A stretch of 64,000 bases of DNA, taken from assembly GCA_026390035.1 (NCBI GenBank), contig JAPLGT010000035.1, forward strand, positions 3,330-67,329, given 5' to 3'. Position 1 is the stretch's first letter, and every line of letters starts with the position of its first letter. This document shows, piece after piece, positions 9,867 to 19,520 of this stretch. The notes under the pieces are model-generated. The model saw only the letters and a list, made by a program, of their open reading frames with translations. It ran no database searches and was not told the DNA's origin. Both the position numbers and the translations under genes were made by a program. This DNA is from Chloroflexota bacterium (GTDB taxonomy: Bacteria > Chloroflexota > Anaerolineae > Anaerolineales > Villigracilaceae).

Positions 9867-10630
9867 TGAACGCGAGAATGCCCGAACAAACAGAATTTGA
9901 ATCAACCATAGGCGCACAAACCTTTGTACTCGTGCTTCTGGGTATCTCGGTTGGCACCCTGGCAGCAGTGGTCATCCTGCCAACCTGGATGCCCAACCTG
10001 GCAACATCTCTGCTCGGCAGAGACCCAAAAGCATTTTGGTACCTTTCGAGAGGCAGTTCCTTTGTGGCGATGAGTCTGCTTTGGCTTTCTATGGCGTTGG
10101 GATTATCAATCACCAATAAAATGGCGCGCGTTTGGCCAGGCGCCCCGGCTGCCTTTGCCATTCATGAATACGTCAGCCTGCTTGGGTTAGCCTTTGCCAT
10201 CTTCCACGCGCTCGTACTGATGGGTGACCATTACATCAAGTTCACACTGGCGCAAATCATGGTCCCGTTTTCCGCAGTTGGTTTCAAGCCATTTTTGGTT
10301 GGCTTGGGACAGGTGGGTTTCTACGTCTGGTTGTTGGTAGCGCTCAGCTTTTATGTGCGCGCAAAAATTGGTCCCAAAACATGGCGCGCCATCCATTACA
10401 TCAGCTTTTTAAGTTACTGCATAGCGCTCTATCATGGCATCAGCAGTGGCACCGATACCAAACTGGTCTGGGCTCAGGCCTATTACTGGGTATCTGGTGC
10501 AAGCCTGACATTTATGTTGATGTACCGAATCATCGTAACCATTGCTGCCAAATTTAGCAAACCAACCCCGCGCCCCATGCCTGCGCCTGCACCATCGGCC
10601 CCGACGCGCGAAAGTACGCCCACGGCATAG
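9866..10630 (+). CDS. Ferric-reductase-like transmembrane (heme-b, MsrQ/YedZ-like) protein
   Basis: The ATG at 9866 overlaps the apbE stop by 1 nt. There are about six TM helices with conserved His residues (AIHEYVSLL, AIFHALVLMGDH, AIHYISF, ALYHGIS). No FAD/NAD domain is present. Confidence 0.62.
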   Translation: MNARMPEQTEFESTIGAQTFVLVLLGISVGTLAAVVILPTWMPNLATSLLGRDPKAFWYLSRGSSFVAMSLLWLSMALGLSITNKMARVWPGAPAAFAIHEYVSLLGLAFAIFHALVLMGDHYIKFTLAQIMVPFSAVGFKPFLVGLGQVGFYVWLLVALSFYVRAKIGPKTWRAIHYISFLSYCIALYHGISSGTDTKLVWAQAYYWVSGASLTFMLMYRIIVTIAAKFSKPTPRPMPAPAPSAPTRESTPTA

Positions 10631-10650
10631 TCATTTCATGGTTTATTCAA

Positions 10651-10683
10651 AAGCCGTCCTGTTGTTTAGGGCGGCTTTTTTTT
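10651..10683 (+). terminator. Rho-independent terminator
   Basis: AAGCCGTCCT-GTTGTTT-AGGGCGGCTT followed by T8. Confidence 0.8.
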
Positions 10684-10801
10684 AGGCAAACAGACCAAAT
10701 CGAGCCAGACCACTCCCAGGGTACAGCTATTTTGGCAGATTTAACAAATCATTAACAGCCATTTTTAAGTTTATGGTATAGTAATTTTATACAGGATACC
10801 C

Positions 10802-11515
10802 ATGCCAGAAACCATTCTCGTTGTTGAAGACGAACCATCGCTGCAAGAAACACTCGCGTATAATCTGCAAAAACAAGGTTATACAGTGGAAAGTGCCGGG
10901 GACGGACGTATCGCGCTTGATATTGCGCGGCGGCTAAAACCCGATCTGATCCTGCTGGACATCATGCTGCCCGGTCTCAACGGGGTCGATGTTTGCAAAA
11001 CACTGCGCCGCGAAAACTTCCAGGCTCCCATTATCATGCTGACTGCCCGAGATGACGAAATTGACCGTGTCGTTGGGCTCGAAATCGGCGCAGACGACTA
11101 TGTAACCAAACCTTTTTCGATGCGTGAACTTATGGCGCGCGTCAAGGCACAACTACGGCGAACTGATAGCATCCGCGACGAACTCGAAAAAATCAAGACC
11201 AGCGTCCCAGTTCAAGACACCCTGGTTTTCGAAAACCTGACCATAAATCGTACCCGTCGCGAGGTAACGATGGACGGGCTGGCTTTGGCCTTCAAACCTC
11301 AGGAATATGATCTGATGTTATTCTTCGGCGAGCACAAGGGCCAGATGCTTTCACGCGAATTCGTTCTGGAGCGAGTGTGGGGCTGGGATTATATTGGCGA
11401 CAGCCGCACCGTCGATGTGCATGTGCGCTGGTTGCGCCAAAAAATTGAAAAGGACCCCGCCAACCCAATTCGCATTGTGACTGTCAGGGGCGGTGGTTAC
11501 CGTTTTGAAGGATGA
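10802..11515 (+). CDS. OmpR/PhoB-family response regulator
   Basis: Receiver domain ([27 protein letters not shown]) plus a winged-helix output domain (...[13 protein letters not shown]...RGGGYRF). Confidence 0.92.
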   Translation: MPETILVVEDEPSLQETLAYNLQKQGYTVESAGDGRIALDIARRLKPDLILLDIMLPGLNGVDVCKTLRRENFQAPIIMLTARDDEIDRVVGLEIGADDYVTKPFSMRELMARVKAQLRRTDSIRDELEKIKTSVPVQDTLVFENLTINRTRREVTMDGLALAFKPQEYDLMLFFGEHKGQMLSREFVLERVWGWDYIGDSRTVDVHVRWLRQKIEKDPANPIRIVTVRGGGYRFEG

Positions 11516-12762
11516 CCAGCCTCCTGCTGGCTCTACTAGGTACAACAATACTGATACTGGGGTGGTTTTCCTGGCGCTATTTCAGGTTGCGCCGCAAGCT
11601 GGATGAATACACACGTACAATTCAACAGGCTACCAGGGTTGAATTTTCGCCAGAAAATCTGCCGGCAGATTTCGAGGACATCGAGCCGCTCTCAGATGCC
11701 GTTCACGCACTCGTCAGGAGCATGGCTACCCGTCTCTCAAACCTTGAAGCTGAAAGAGCCCGGCTTGAAGCAACCCTGACACAGATGACAGATGGCGTCC
11801 TGATTGTTGATACTCAGGGGCGCATCCAAATGACCAACCCGGCAGCAGAAAAAATGTTTGGCGATGGCGAATCACTTATTGGGAAAACCGTTAGTGTGGC
11901 TCTGCGCCACCACCTATTGATCGAAACCTGGCGCAAATGCCAGCAAAGCAATGAAATGCAGAGCGATTCTGTAGAGCTTGGGGTTATGCGCAAATTTCTA
12001 CAAATTATCGCCATTCCCGACAAACATGCAAATGGCGCAATTTTGCTGGTTCAAGATCTGACGCGCATCCGCCGGCTTGAAACCGTTCGACGCGATTTTA
12101 TTTCGAATGTCTCGCATGAATTACGCACCCCACTGGCCTCTTTGAGAGCACTTACCGAAACTCTGCAAGAAGGCGCGTTGGAAGATCCGCCCGCAGCACG
12201 CCGCTTCTTGGGGCGCATCCAAACCGAAGTTGACGCCCTTACACAAATGGCCACCGAACTGCTTGAACTATCGCGGATCGAATCCGGGCAGGTTCCGCTT
12301 GCGCGCAAGCCGATTCTGCCCACCGATCTGCTGCATTCCGCCGCAGACCGCATGAAAGTGCAAGCCGAGCGCGCCGGACATAGCTTGCAGGTTGTGTGCG
12401 CAAAAGATCTGCCATACATCAACGCTGACCTGCCCCGCCTGGAGCAGGTGTTGGTAAACCTGATCCACAACGCTGTAAAGTTCACCCAACCCGGTGGCGA
12501 AATAATCCTGACCGCAGTTCCTAACGAGCGCTACATTCTTTTTTCGGTGCAAGATCATGGTGCCGGCATCCCATCAGACGACCTGCCGCGCATCTTTGAG
12601 CGTTTCTATCGCGTAGATCGCTCCCGCACAGGCGGAGGCACCGGACTGGGGCTTTCGATCGCAAAGCATCTGGTAGAGGTTCATGATGGCAAGATCTGGG
12701 CCGAAAGCCGCGAAGGGGAAGGCAGTACGTTCTTTTTCACTATTCCAACCAGCCAGGCCTGA
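11512..12762 (+). CDS. Sensor histidine kinase (PhoR-like: TM, PAS, HisKA, HATPase_c)
   Basis: ATGA overlap with the response regulator gene. H-box [13 protein letters not shown]; N-box LIHNAVKF; G-boxes QDHGAGI and GTGLGLSI. Confidence 0.92.
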   Translation: MTSLLLALLGTTILILGWFSWRYFRLRRKLDEYTRTIQQATRVEFSPENLPADFEDIEPLSDAVHALVRSMATRLSNLEAERARLEATLTQMTDGVLIVDTQGRIQMTNPAAEKMFGDGESLIGKTVSVALRHHLLIETWRKCQQSNEMQSDSVELGVMRKFLQIIAIPDKHANGAILLVQDLTRIRRLETVRRDFISNVSHELRTPLASLRALTETLQEGALEDPPAARRFLGRIQTEVDALTQMATELLELSRIESGQVPLARKPILPTDLLHSAADRMKVQAERAGHSLQVVCAKDLPYINADLPRLEQVLVNLIHNAVKFTQPGGEIILTAVPNERYILFSVQDHGAGIPSDDLPRIFERFYRVDRSRTGGGTGLGLSIAKHLVEVHDGKIWAESREGEGSTFFFTIPTSQA

Positions 12763-12795
12763 TAGAAAAAACCACCCACACTATATTCGTATTTA

Positions 12796-12827
12796 ATCCC
12801 AGATAGTTCCCATCTATCTGGGATTTT
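12796..12827 (+). terminator. Rho-independent terminator after the kinase gene
   Basis: ATCCCAGATAG-TTCCC-ATCTATCTGGGAT followed by TTTT. Confidence 0.7.
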
Positions 12828-13112
12828 CGCATCCAGCAGCCGCATGGTCTCACGCGGCCTGCCACGTTAGACAGAGTTAGCCCCTCCGAAGGGAAGAAGA
12901 TGTTCTCGTGGACACTTTTGATTAACATTCGCCTCGCAACAAATATCAGCATTGTAAAAAGCAAAACCAGGGCAGCCGTAAGTAAATACCTATATTCATT
13001 GGCAAAATCGGTATAAAATACCCAAATAATGATACTTAGGTCACAGATCATTTCTACCCTATGGTGATAAACTGAAACTGAGTTTCTACTAACCACAGGA
13101 GTCGTACATTTT

Positions 13113-14366
13113 ATGGAATCAAAACCAACATTATGGGTTGAGGTCGACCAACAGGGTCGGCTGGTTATGCCTGCCGAAGTTGTGGACCAATTCGGTCTGA
13201 AACCGGGCGCAAAAATGCGGGTTGAATCAAACGGGCATGGTTTCAAGATGCACCGCCCAGTGACACAACTAACAAAGATTTACATCGAGCCGACGGTAGA
13301 TTGTAATCTGGACTGCATCACCTGTTTTCGGAATGCCTGGGACCAACCAATCGGCAAGATGAGCGACGATACCTTTGCCCACATTCTGGATGGTTTGAAA
13401 GCCATGGACCCGATCCCCCATGTATACTTTGGTGGAATTGGTGAACCACTTTTTCATCCGCGCACCATTGAATGGATCCGGCAAATAAAAGCCCTCGGCA
13501 CACGGGTGGAATTGATCACCAATGGCACGACCCTGGTGGAAAAGAAAGCGCGCGAACTAATCGATACCGGGCTGGATGTTCTCTGGGTCTCGCTGGATGG
13601 AGCCACACCCGAAAGTTACTCGGATGTGCGCCTGGGTGCAGAGCTGCCTCAAGTGGTGGAAAACATTCGCAGGTTTTCAAAAATGCGGAAAGGCGGGCAC
13701 TACCCACGGCCAGAGATTGGTGTGGCCTTTGTAGGCATGAAGCGCAATATCGACCAGCTGCCACAAGTAATCAAACTGGGTAAATCGATGGGTGCCAGGC
13801 ATTTTTCAGTCAGCAATGTACAACCCGCCACAAAAGAAATGCAGGCCGAGCGTCTTTACACACGCACCATGACCAATATCGCCTACCTGCCTTCCAGCAC
13901 CAACCCTTACCTGAGCCTGCCTAAGATGGATTTTAACGAAGATACCCGCGAAGCCCTGTTTGCAGCCTTTAACAGCGGATGCAATGTCAGTTTTGCGGGT
14001 AATAATTGGGGCGGCTCAAACGACGTCTGTAACTTCATCGAAAGTGGCACCATGACGATTGCATGGAACGGCGATGCCAGTCCATGCTGGCCTCTGATGC
14101 ATAACCACACCAGCTTCTTGCACGGGAAGCCGCGAAAAATCAACAAACACGTGATTGGCAGTGTACAGTCGCATAGCATCGAAGAATTGTGGTTAGACCC
14201 GGCTTATGTCGGCTACCGTGAAAAGGTGCAGCGCTTTGCCTTCGCACCCTGTACGTTTTGTGGCGGTTGTGAATTATCCGAAGAAAATAAAGAAGACTGC
14301 CTTGGCAACGAAGCTCCCGCCTGCGGAGGCTGTCTTTGGGCACAAGGCGTCATTCAATGCCCATAA
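13113..14366 (+). CDS. Radical SAM/SPASM-domain enzyme with N-terminal AbrB/SpoVT-like domain
   Basis: N-terminus: VEVDQQGRLVMPAEVVDQFGLKPGAKMRVE, resembling an AbrB/MazE swapped-hairpin. Radical SAM motif CNLDCITC (CX3CX2C) plus a GGIGEPL glycine motif. Cys-rich SPASM-like tail: CWPL..., APCTFCGGC...CGGCLWAQGVIQCP. Confidence 0.85.
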   Translation: MESKPTLWVEVDQQGRLVMPAEVVDQFGLKPGAKMRVESNGHGFKMHRPVTQLTKIYIEPTVDCNLDCITCFRNAWDQPIGKMSDDTFAHILDGLKAMDPIPHVYFGGIGEPLFHPRTIEWIRQIKALGTRVELITNGTTLVEKKARELIDTGLDVLWVSLDGATPESYSDVRLGAELPQVVENIRRFSKMRKGGHYPRPEIGVAFVGMKRNIDQLPQVIKLGKSMGARHFSVSNVQPATKEMQAERLYTRTMTNIAYLPSSTNPYLSLPKMDFNEDTREALFAAFNSGCNVSFAGNNWGGSNDVCNFIESGTMTIAWNGDASPCWPLMHNHTSFLHGKPRKINKHVIGSVQSHSIEELWLDPAYVGYREKVQRFAFAPCTFCGGCELSEENKEDCLGNEAPACGGCLWAQGVIQCP

Positions 14367-14450
14367 AGCCTAAAAACAACACAAACAACCTTGATATTTA
14401 GCTTCTACCTATGGGGCTGCGTGGCAATAGAATTGCTTCCAAACCCTGAA

Positions 14451-14498
14451 AACGAAATCGAGCGGGTCTAAAACCACCCGCTCGATTTCGTTTTTTTT
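14451..14498 (+). terminator. Rho-independent terminator
   Basis: AACGAAATCGAGCGGGT / ACCCGCTCGATTTCGTT, a 17-bp stem, followed by T8. Confidence 0.85.
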
Positions 14499-14671
14499 AG
14501 ACTCTGCTACCAAAAACGGTCACCAGCAATTACGAAAGTTACCCTGTTGTGACCCAACGAATCATTTTAATCTCAATCTTAAAATAAGGATATCAAGTGA
14601 ACAGACTGGAGAATCATTTGAATGGAATTAAGAATAACAATATTTTCACACACACTTTGTTACAAAAGGTC

Positions 14672-14714
14672 TTGACAATCTTACATGGAAACCGTACAAT
14701 GGTATCGTTACCAT
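14672..14714 (+). promoter_or_regulatory. Sigma70-type promoter (TTGACA-17 nt-TACAAT) with overlapping LacI-type operator ATGGTATCGTTACCAT
   Basis: The -35 TTGACA is at 14672-14677 and the -10 TACAAT at 14695-14700. The operator at 14699-14714 fits TGnnAnCGnTnnCA. The site is ~70 nt upstream of the ABC operon ATG. Confidence 0.6.
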
Positions 14715-14783
14715 GAGTTAATTATTAATATCATATTTAAGACTTTCGTCTAACCAAACAAGCATACTAAGGAACGCTCGCTA

Positions 14784-16298
14784 ATGAATAGTCCTCTGGT
14801 TTTGATGGAAGGCATCGAAAAGTCATTTACAGGCGTTCATGCGCTCAGCCAATGCAGGTTTGAACTCCAGGCTGGTGAAGTTATGGCGTTGGTTGGGGAA
14901 AACGGCGCTGGAAAGTCCACTTTAATGAAGATTTTGACCGGAGTCTATAAAAAAGATGCCGGTCATATTTTTTACAAGGGACAAGAGGTTGAAGTCCCGA
15001 ACCCGGCTGCGGCCCAACACCTGGGCATCAGCATTATTCACCAGGAACTCAACTTGATGCCGCATCTCAGTGTGGCTCAGAATATATTTATCGGGCGAGA
15101 ACCTCGCAAAGCAAAAATTTTTCTAAACGACGACGAAATTAATTTAAAAACAACCCAGCTGTTGGACATGATGCACCTCAAGCTTGATCCACGTGTAAAA
15201 GTGGCTGATCTAACCGTTGCGAAGCAGCAGATGGTAGAAATTGCCAAAGCGCTCTCGTACAATGCTGAAGTTTTGATCATGGATGAACCGACTGCTGCGT
15301 TGACCGAATCTGAAATTGATGAGCTTTTTATCATAATTCGACGTCTGCGCGAAAAAGGCGTCGGGATTGTGCATATTTCACATCGCCTGGAAGAATTAAA
15401 ACAAATCTCCGACCGCGTGACAGTCATGCGTGACGGTCAATACATCGATACGGTCAACACCAAAGAAACCTCCATCGACAAGATTATCAGTATGATGGTC
15501 GGCCGAACGATATTTGAATCCTCCCCCGAAATTCCAGAAAACCCATCCAGCGAGATCGTGCTGGATGTAAAAAATCTCAACCGCGGGAATGTCATCAAGA
15601 ATGTCAGCTTTTGCCTGAATAAAGGAGAAATCCTCGGGTTTGCCGGGTTGATGGGCGCCGGGCGGACAGAGGTGGCACGCGCAATTTTTGGCGCCGACCC
15701 TTATGAACAGGGCGAAGTATATATTCGAGGTAAAAAGACCGACATCAAAAGTCCAAACGACGCGGTCCAACATGGTATTGGATATTTATCCGAAGATCGA
15801 AAAAGATATGGTCTCACGCTTGGAATGGATGTAGAGACAAATGTTGTTTTGGCAGCCTACAACAAATTCCTGGGATTTTTGGGGATCGTAAAGAATGAAA
15901 AAACAGCGGAAACAGCCGAGCATTATGTGCAGGCTCTGTCCATCAAAACGCCAAGTATTCAACAGAGCACAAAGAATCTTTCAGGCGGAAACCAGCAAAA
16001 GGTGATCATAGCAAAATGGTTGACCGCCAACACCGAAATCTTGATCTTTGATGAACCTACTCGTGGTATTGACGTTGGAGCAAAGAGCGAAATTTACAAA
16101 CTGCTCAACGATCTGGCTCGCCAGGGCAAATCAATCATCATGATCTCTTCTGAGCTGCCAGAAATCTTGCGTATGAGTCACCGGATTATCGTAATGTGTG
16201 AAGGTCGCATTACTGGCGAGCTGGATGGAGCAACCGCCACACAAGAGAAAATCATGAAATATGCCACCCAGCGCACAGAATCATTGATCGTTAATTAA
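14784..16298 (+). CDS. Sugar ABC transporter ATP-binding protein (RbsA/MglA-type, duplicated ABC domains)
   Basis: Two Walker A motifs ([18 protein letters not shown]), an LSGGNQQK signature and two Walker B motifs (LIMDEPT, LIFDEPT). Confidence 0.92.
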   Translation: MNSPLVLMEGIEKSFTGVHALSQCRFELQAGEVMALVGENGAGKSTLMKILTGVYKKDAGHIFYKGQEVEVPNPAAAQHLGISIIHQELNLMPHLSVAQNIFIGREPRKAKIFLNDDEINLKTTQLLDMMHLKLDPRVKVADLTVAKQQMVEIAKALSYNAEVLIMDEPTAALTESEIDELFIIIRRLREKGVGIVHISHRLEELKQISDRVTVMRDGQYIDTVNTKETSIDKIISMMVGRTIFESSPEIPENPSSEIVLDVKNLNRGNVIKNVSFCLNKGEILGFAGLMGAGRTEVARAIFGADPYEQGEVYIRGKKTDIKSPNDAVQHGIGYLSEDRKRYGLTLGMDVETNVVLAAYNKFLGFLGIVKNEKTAETAEHYVQALSIKTPSIQQSTKNLSGGNQQKVIIAKWLTANTEILIFDEPTRGIDVGAKSEIYKLLNDLARQGKSIIMISSELPEILRMSHRIIVMCEGRITGELDGATATQEKIMKYATQRTESLIVN

Positions 16299-16366
16299 GA
16301 TTAACCGCATTTTACAATCTGCTTCCTGACTCACACGCACACCCAATAACGAATTTCGGAAGGTGA

Positions 16367-17359
16367 ATGATGTCCATTATAAATGCTCAGAAACAATCTT
16401 TCCTGCGCTCAGATGCAACCCAAAAACTGCTGGCATTTGCAGCCCTGATTGTGCTCTTCGTGGGCTTTTCTCTGGCATCGCCTAACTTTTTTTCTTTCTC
16501 AAATATCACCGGTATATTACTGGCCACGGCCGTAAACGGTGTGTTGGCGCTGGGGGTCACATTTGTCATCATCACGGCCGGGATCGATCTTTCGATTGGC
16601 ACAGTTATGACATTTTCAGCCGTCATGACCGGTGTTTTTATCACAATGTGGAAGCTGCCGGTTTCAGTGGGTGTTGTAGGTGGTTTGCTCGCCGGGGGTG
16701 CCTGCGGATTGGTAAGCGGTATCCTTATCGCCAAGATGAAAATTCCACCTTTCATTGCCACACTCGGCATGATGATGGTCACTAAGGGTCTTTCTCTGGT
16801 GATTTCAGGTTTGAAACCAATTTATTTTACCGACACTCCAGTCTTCAATCAGATTGCAATGGGATCAGTCCTGGGAAAAATCATCCCAGGCTTTGAAATT
16901 CCCAATGCAGTCTTAATCCTGTTCGCGGCTGCAATTATAGCCAGCCTGGTTCTGACGAAAACAATCTTGGGACGCTATGATTGCGCGATTGGCTCTAATG
17001 AAGAAGCTACACGGCTTTCTGGTGTCAACGTGGATCGTTGGAAAATTGCGATCTATAGCCTGTGCGGTTTGTTCGCCGGGTTGGCAGGCGTATTGATGGC
17101 CTCGCGCTTGAATTCAGCCCAACCCGCGCTAGGTGCTGGGTATGAGTTGGATGCAATCGCTGCAGCAGTGATCGGCGGCACTTCTTTGAGCGGTGGAGAA
17201 GGTACCATCGTCGGAACCATTATTGGCGCATTCATCATGAGCGTTTTAACCAATGGTTTACGCATTCTCTCAGTGCCGCAAGAATGGCAAATGGTGGTTA
17301 CCGGCGGGATCGTGATTGCCGCCGTATATGCAGATATCCTGCGCCGTCGCCAAAAATAA
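16367..17359 (+). CDS. Sugar ABC transporter permease (RbsC/AraH family)
   Basis: 330 aa, multi-TM, with characteristic blocks (GIDLSIG, GGTSLSGGEGT). Confidence 0.9.
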   Translation: MMSIINAQKQSFLRSDATQKLLAFAALIVLFVGFSLASPNFFSFSNITGILLATAVNGVLALGVTFVIITAGIDLSIGTVMTFSAVMTGVFITMWKLPVSVGVVGGLLAGGACGLVSGILIAKMKIPPFIATLGMMMVTKGLSLVISGLKPIYFTDTPVFNQIAMGSVLGKIIPGFEIPNAVLILFAAAIIASLVLTKTILGRYDCAIGSNEEATRLSGVNVDRWKIAIYSLCGLFAGLAGVLMASRLNSAQPALGAGYELDAIAAAVIGGTSLSGGEGTIVGTIIGAFIMSVLTNGLRILSVPQEWQMVVTGGIVIAAVYADILRRRQK

Positions 17360-17466
17360 CGGCAAATTTCAAAGATGAAAGGAGCAGAGAAAATAAAAAG
17401 AAATCTATGCTCGAAAAGAAGTCTGTTCAATTTTTCAACCCTAACACTCTAAGAGGAGAAATAGAA

Positions 17467-18453
17467 ATGAAGGCTCAAAAACTGTTTTCTTTATTCGTGA
17501 CCCTCGTGGTCATCTCCATGCTGGTCGCTGCTTGCGCTCCCGCTGCCGCCCCCGCCGCCCCGGCCGCTCCCGCTGCCGCCACCAAACTGTATATCCCTGT
17601 TATTTCCAAGGGTTTCCAGCACCAGTTCTGGCAAGCCGTCAAGATTGGTTCCGAGAAGGCTGCAAAAGATTTGAATGTTGACATCTCCTTTGAAGGCCCT
17701 GAAGGCGAAAATCAAGTTGACAAACAAGTTGAAATGTTCCAGACCGCCCTCGACAAGAAACCAGCCGCCATCTGCCTGGCCGCAGTAGACTCCAAGGCTT
17801 TCATTCCGCTGCTTGAGAAGGCCAAGGCTGCCAAGATCCCCGTGATCGGCTTTGACTCCGGCGTCGACAGTGACATCCCGGTCACAACCGCTTCCACTGA
17901 CAATATTGCCGCCGCCGCTATGGCTGCTGACAAAATGGCCGAACTTGTCGGTGGCGAAGGCGAAGTTGCCGTTATCGCTCACGACCAGACCAGCCGCACC
18001 GGCATCGATCGCGTCAAAGGCTTCACTGATCAGATGACCAATAAGTACCCCAAGATCAAGATCGTCGAAACCCAGTATGGTGGCGGCGACCAACTCAAAT
18101 CCACCGACCTGGCCAAGACCATCATCCAGGCCCACCCCAACCTGAAGGGCTTCTTCGGCGCGAACGAAGGCTCGATCATCGGCGTGCTGAACGGCGTCAA
18201 AGAAATGAACATGATCGGTAAGATTGTAGTCATCGGCTACGACTCCGGCCAACAGCAGATGGACGCTGTCCGCAGTGGCGCCGAAGCCGGCGCGATCACC
18301 CAGGACCCGATCGGTATTGGTTACAAATGCGTTGAAGCTGCCGTGAAGGCTGTCAACGGCGAAACCCTGCCCAAGAACATCGACACTGGCTTCAAATGGT
18401 ACGACAAGACCAACATCGACGACCCGGCCATCCAGGCTGTGCTGTACAAGTAA
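17467..18453 (+). CDS. Sugar ABC transporter substrate-binding lipoprotein (PBP type I, RbsB-like)
   Basis: The ATG at 17467 follows GAGGAG. Signal peptide plus lipobox LVAACAP. A PBP-I fold is suggested by IPVISKGFQHQFWQ and VIGFDSG. By eye this gene is notably more GC-rich than its operon partners. Confidence 0.85.
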   Translation: MKAQKLFSLFVTLVVISMLVAACAPAAAPAAPAAPAAATKLYIPVISKGFQHQFWQAVKIGSEKAAKDLNVDISFEGPEGENQVDKQVEMFQTALDKKPAAICLAAVDSKAFIPLLEKAKAAKIPVIGFDSGVDSDIPVTTASTDNIAAAAMAADKMAELVGGEGEVAVIAHDQTSRTGIDRVKGFTDQMTNKYPKIKIVETQYGGGDQLKSTDLAKTIIQAHPNLKGFFGANEGSIIGVLNGVKEMNMIGKIVVIGYDSGQQQMDAVRSGAEAGAITQDPIGIGYKCVEAAVKAVNGETLPKNIDTGFKWYDKTNIDDPAIQAVLYK

Positions 18454-18471
18454 TTTGATCGGTTATGAAGT

Positions 18472-18503
18472 GGGCTGCTGGTTCTCCAGCAGCCCTTTTT
18501 TTA
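18472..18503 (+). terminator. Rho-independent terminator/attenuator after the SBP gene
   Basis: GGGCTGCTGG-TTCTC-CCAGCAGCCC followed by T7. Confidence 0.8.
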
Positions 18504-18577
18504 TCCTTTTGCCCGGAGAACTGGTCTTGTCCCGGTTCTTAAATAAGGTTCCCAGTGGTATTACGAAAGCCGGAATA

Positions 18578-18613
18578 TTGACAGATAATTGGTATCATCT
18601 GATAATACCAATT
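18578..18613 (+). promoter_or_regulatory. Promoter (TTGACA-17 nt-GATAAT) overlapped by inverted repeat AATTGGTAT-N9-ATACCAATT
   Basis: The -35 is at 18578-18583 and the -10 at 18601-18606. The inverted-repeat arms lie at 18587-18595 and 18605-18613. The site is 27 nt upstream of the GRE activase ATG. Confidence 0.5.
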
Positions 18614-18639
18614 ATCAAATATGATTTGAGAAATGATGT

Positions 18640-19509
18640 ATGCAAATTAAGATTTTCCAAAAAGGCTTTAATTATTCTCAAGACGGTACCGGCAACCGTC
18701 TGGTCTACCATCTGCAAGGGTGTAATTTGCATTGCCCTTGGTGCGCCAATCCTGAAGGGATTGCCATCAAAGGGGCTCTCTGGGTATCCAACGAATTTCT
18801 AATTGACTCAATTTGTCCGTATGGTGCCATCGACTCAAAACAAATTAATCGATTGCTGTGTGATGCTTGCAACACCAGAGAATGCATTACCCGCCACAGA
18901 ACCAGGGGGATCCGGCTTTCTTATCAAGAATACGAAATCGATGCCATTATTGAAGAAGTTAAACGAAGCTCTGCTCTTTTTTATGATGGAGGCGGTGTAA
19001 CTTTAAGCGGTGGAGAACCAACCCTCCAATTTGAACCCGTCAAACTATTATTGAGTGAATTAAAAAATCTGGGTATCCACACAGCCATTGAGACCAATGC
19101 CAGTCACCCCAGGCTTGAAACTCTTTTTCCATTTATTGATTTACTCATCATGGATTTCAAACATTACGACGATGCTCTTTGCGCCAGTGTGACCGGTGTA
19201 AACAATGCGATAGTCAAAGAAAATATCCTAAAAGCAGCTGCCTTGCACAACAGGGTCCTGATACGCGTCCCAGTTATCAAGAGTTTTAATGATTCAGTGA
19301 CCGATATCTGGAATTATGTTGGTTTTTTCAAACAGCATAATATTTCAAATGCAACTTTTGAATTTTTACCTTTCCATGAATACGGTCGGACAAAATGGCA
19401 GCAGTGTGGAATGTCATACATCATGCAAGATGGTTATGTTAATCCAGAAATAATCGCTTTATATGAAAAAATATTCATGGATAGCAATTTCAAGTTGGCC
19501 CATACATAA
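18640..19509 (+). CDS. Glycyl-radical enzyme activating protein (radical SAM, PflA family with ferredoxin-like insert)
   Basis: An N-terminal CNLHCPWC (CX3CX2C) lies after GxGxR-like FNYSQDGTGNRLV. Extra Cys residues are present (CPYGAI...CDACNTREC). It sits immediately upstream of a GRE. Confidence 0.9.
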   Translation: MQIKIFQKGFNYSQDGTGNRLVYHLQGCNLHCPWCANPEGIAIKGALWVSNEFLIDSICPYGAIDSKQINRLLCDACNTRECITRHRTRGIRLSYQEYEIDAIIEEVKRSSALFYDGGGVTLSGGEPTLQFEPVKLLLSELKNLGIHTAIETNASHPRLETLFPFIDLLIMDFKHYDDALCASVTGVNNAIVKENILKAAALHNRVLIRVPVIKSFNDSVTDIWNYVGFFKQHNISNATFEFLPFHEYGRTKWQQCGMSYIMQDGYVNPEIIALYEKIFMDSNFKLAHT

Positions 19510-19520
19510 GGAGATATTGG

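Noticed and set aside
12740-13246. 168-aa minus-strand ORF between the histidine kinase and the radical SAM gene, containing one hydrophobic helix.
   Set aside because: It overlaps both neighbouring genes and runs through the kinase terminator hairpin. There is no RBS and no recognisable family. A short internal membrane peptide cannot be excluded.
17284-17466. Upstream extension of the SBP ORF, overlapping the permease gene.
   Set aside because: It overlaps the permease 3' end in another frame. The ATG at 17467 has a GAGGAG RBS and starts a lipoprotein signal peptide.
17491-18252. 253-aa minus-strand ORF antisense to the SBP gene.
   Set aside because: It is a typical long antisense frame of a GC-rich gene. 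The translation is Gly/Asp/Val-rich and low-complexity, and the sense strand has clear PBP homology.
18455-18802. 115-aa plus-strand ORF spanning the terminator, the promoter and the 5' end of the GRE activase gene.
   Set aside because: It crosses a strong terminator and promoter, and overlaps the well-supported activase frame.
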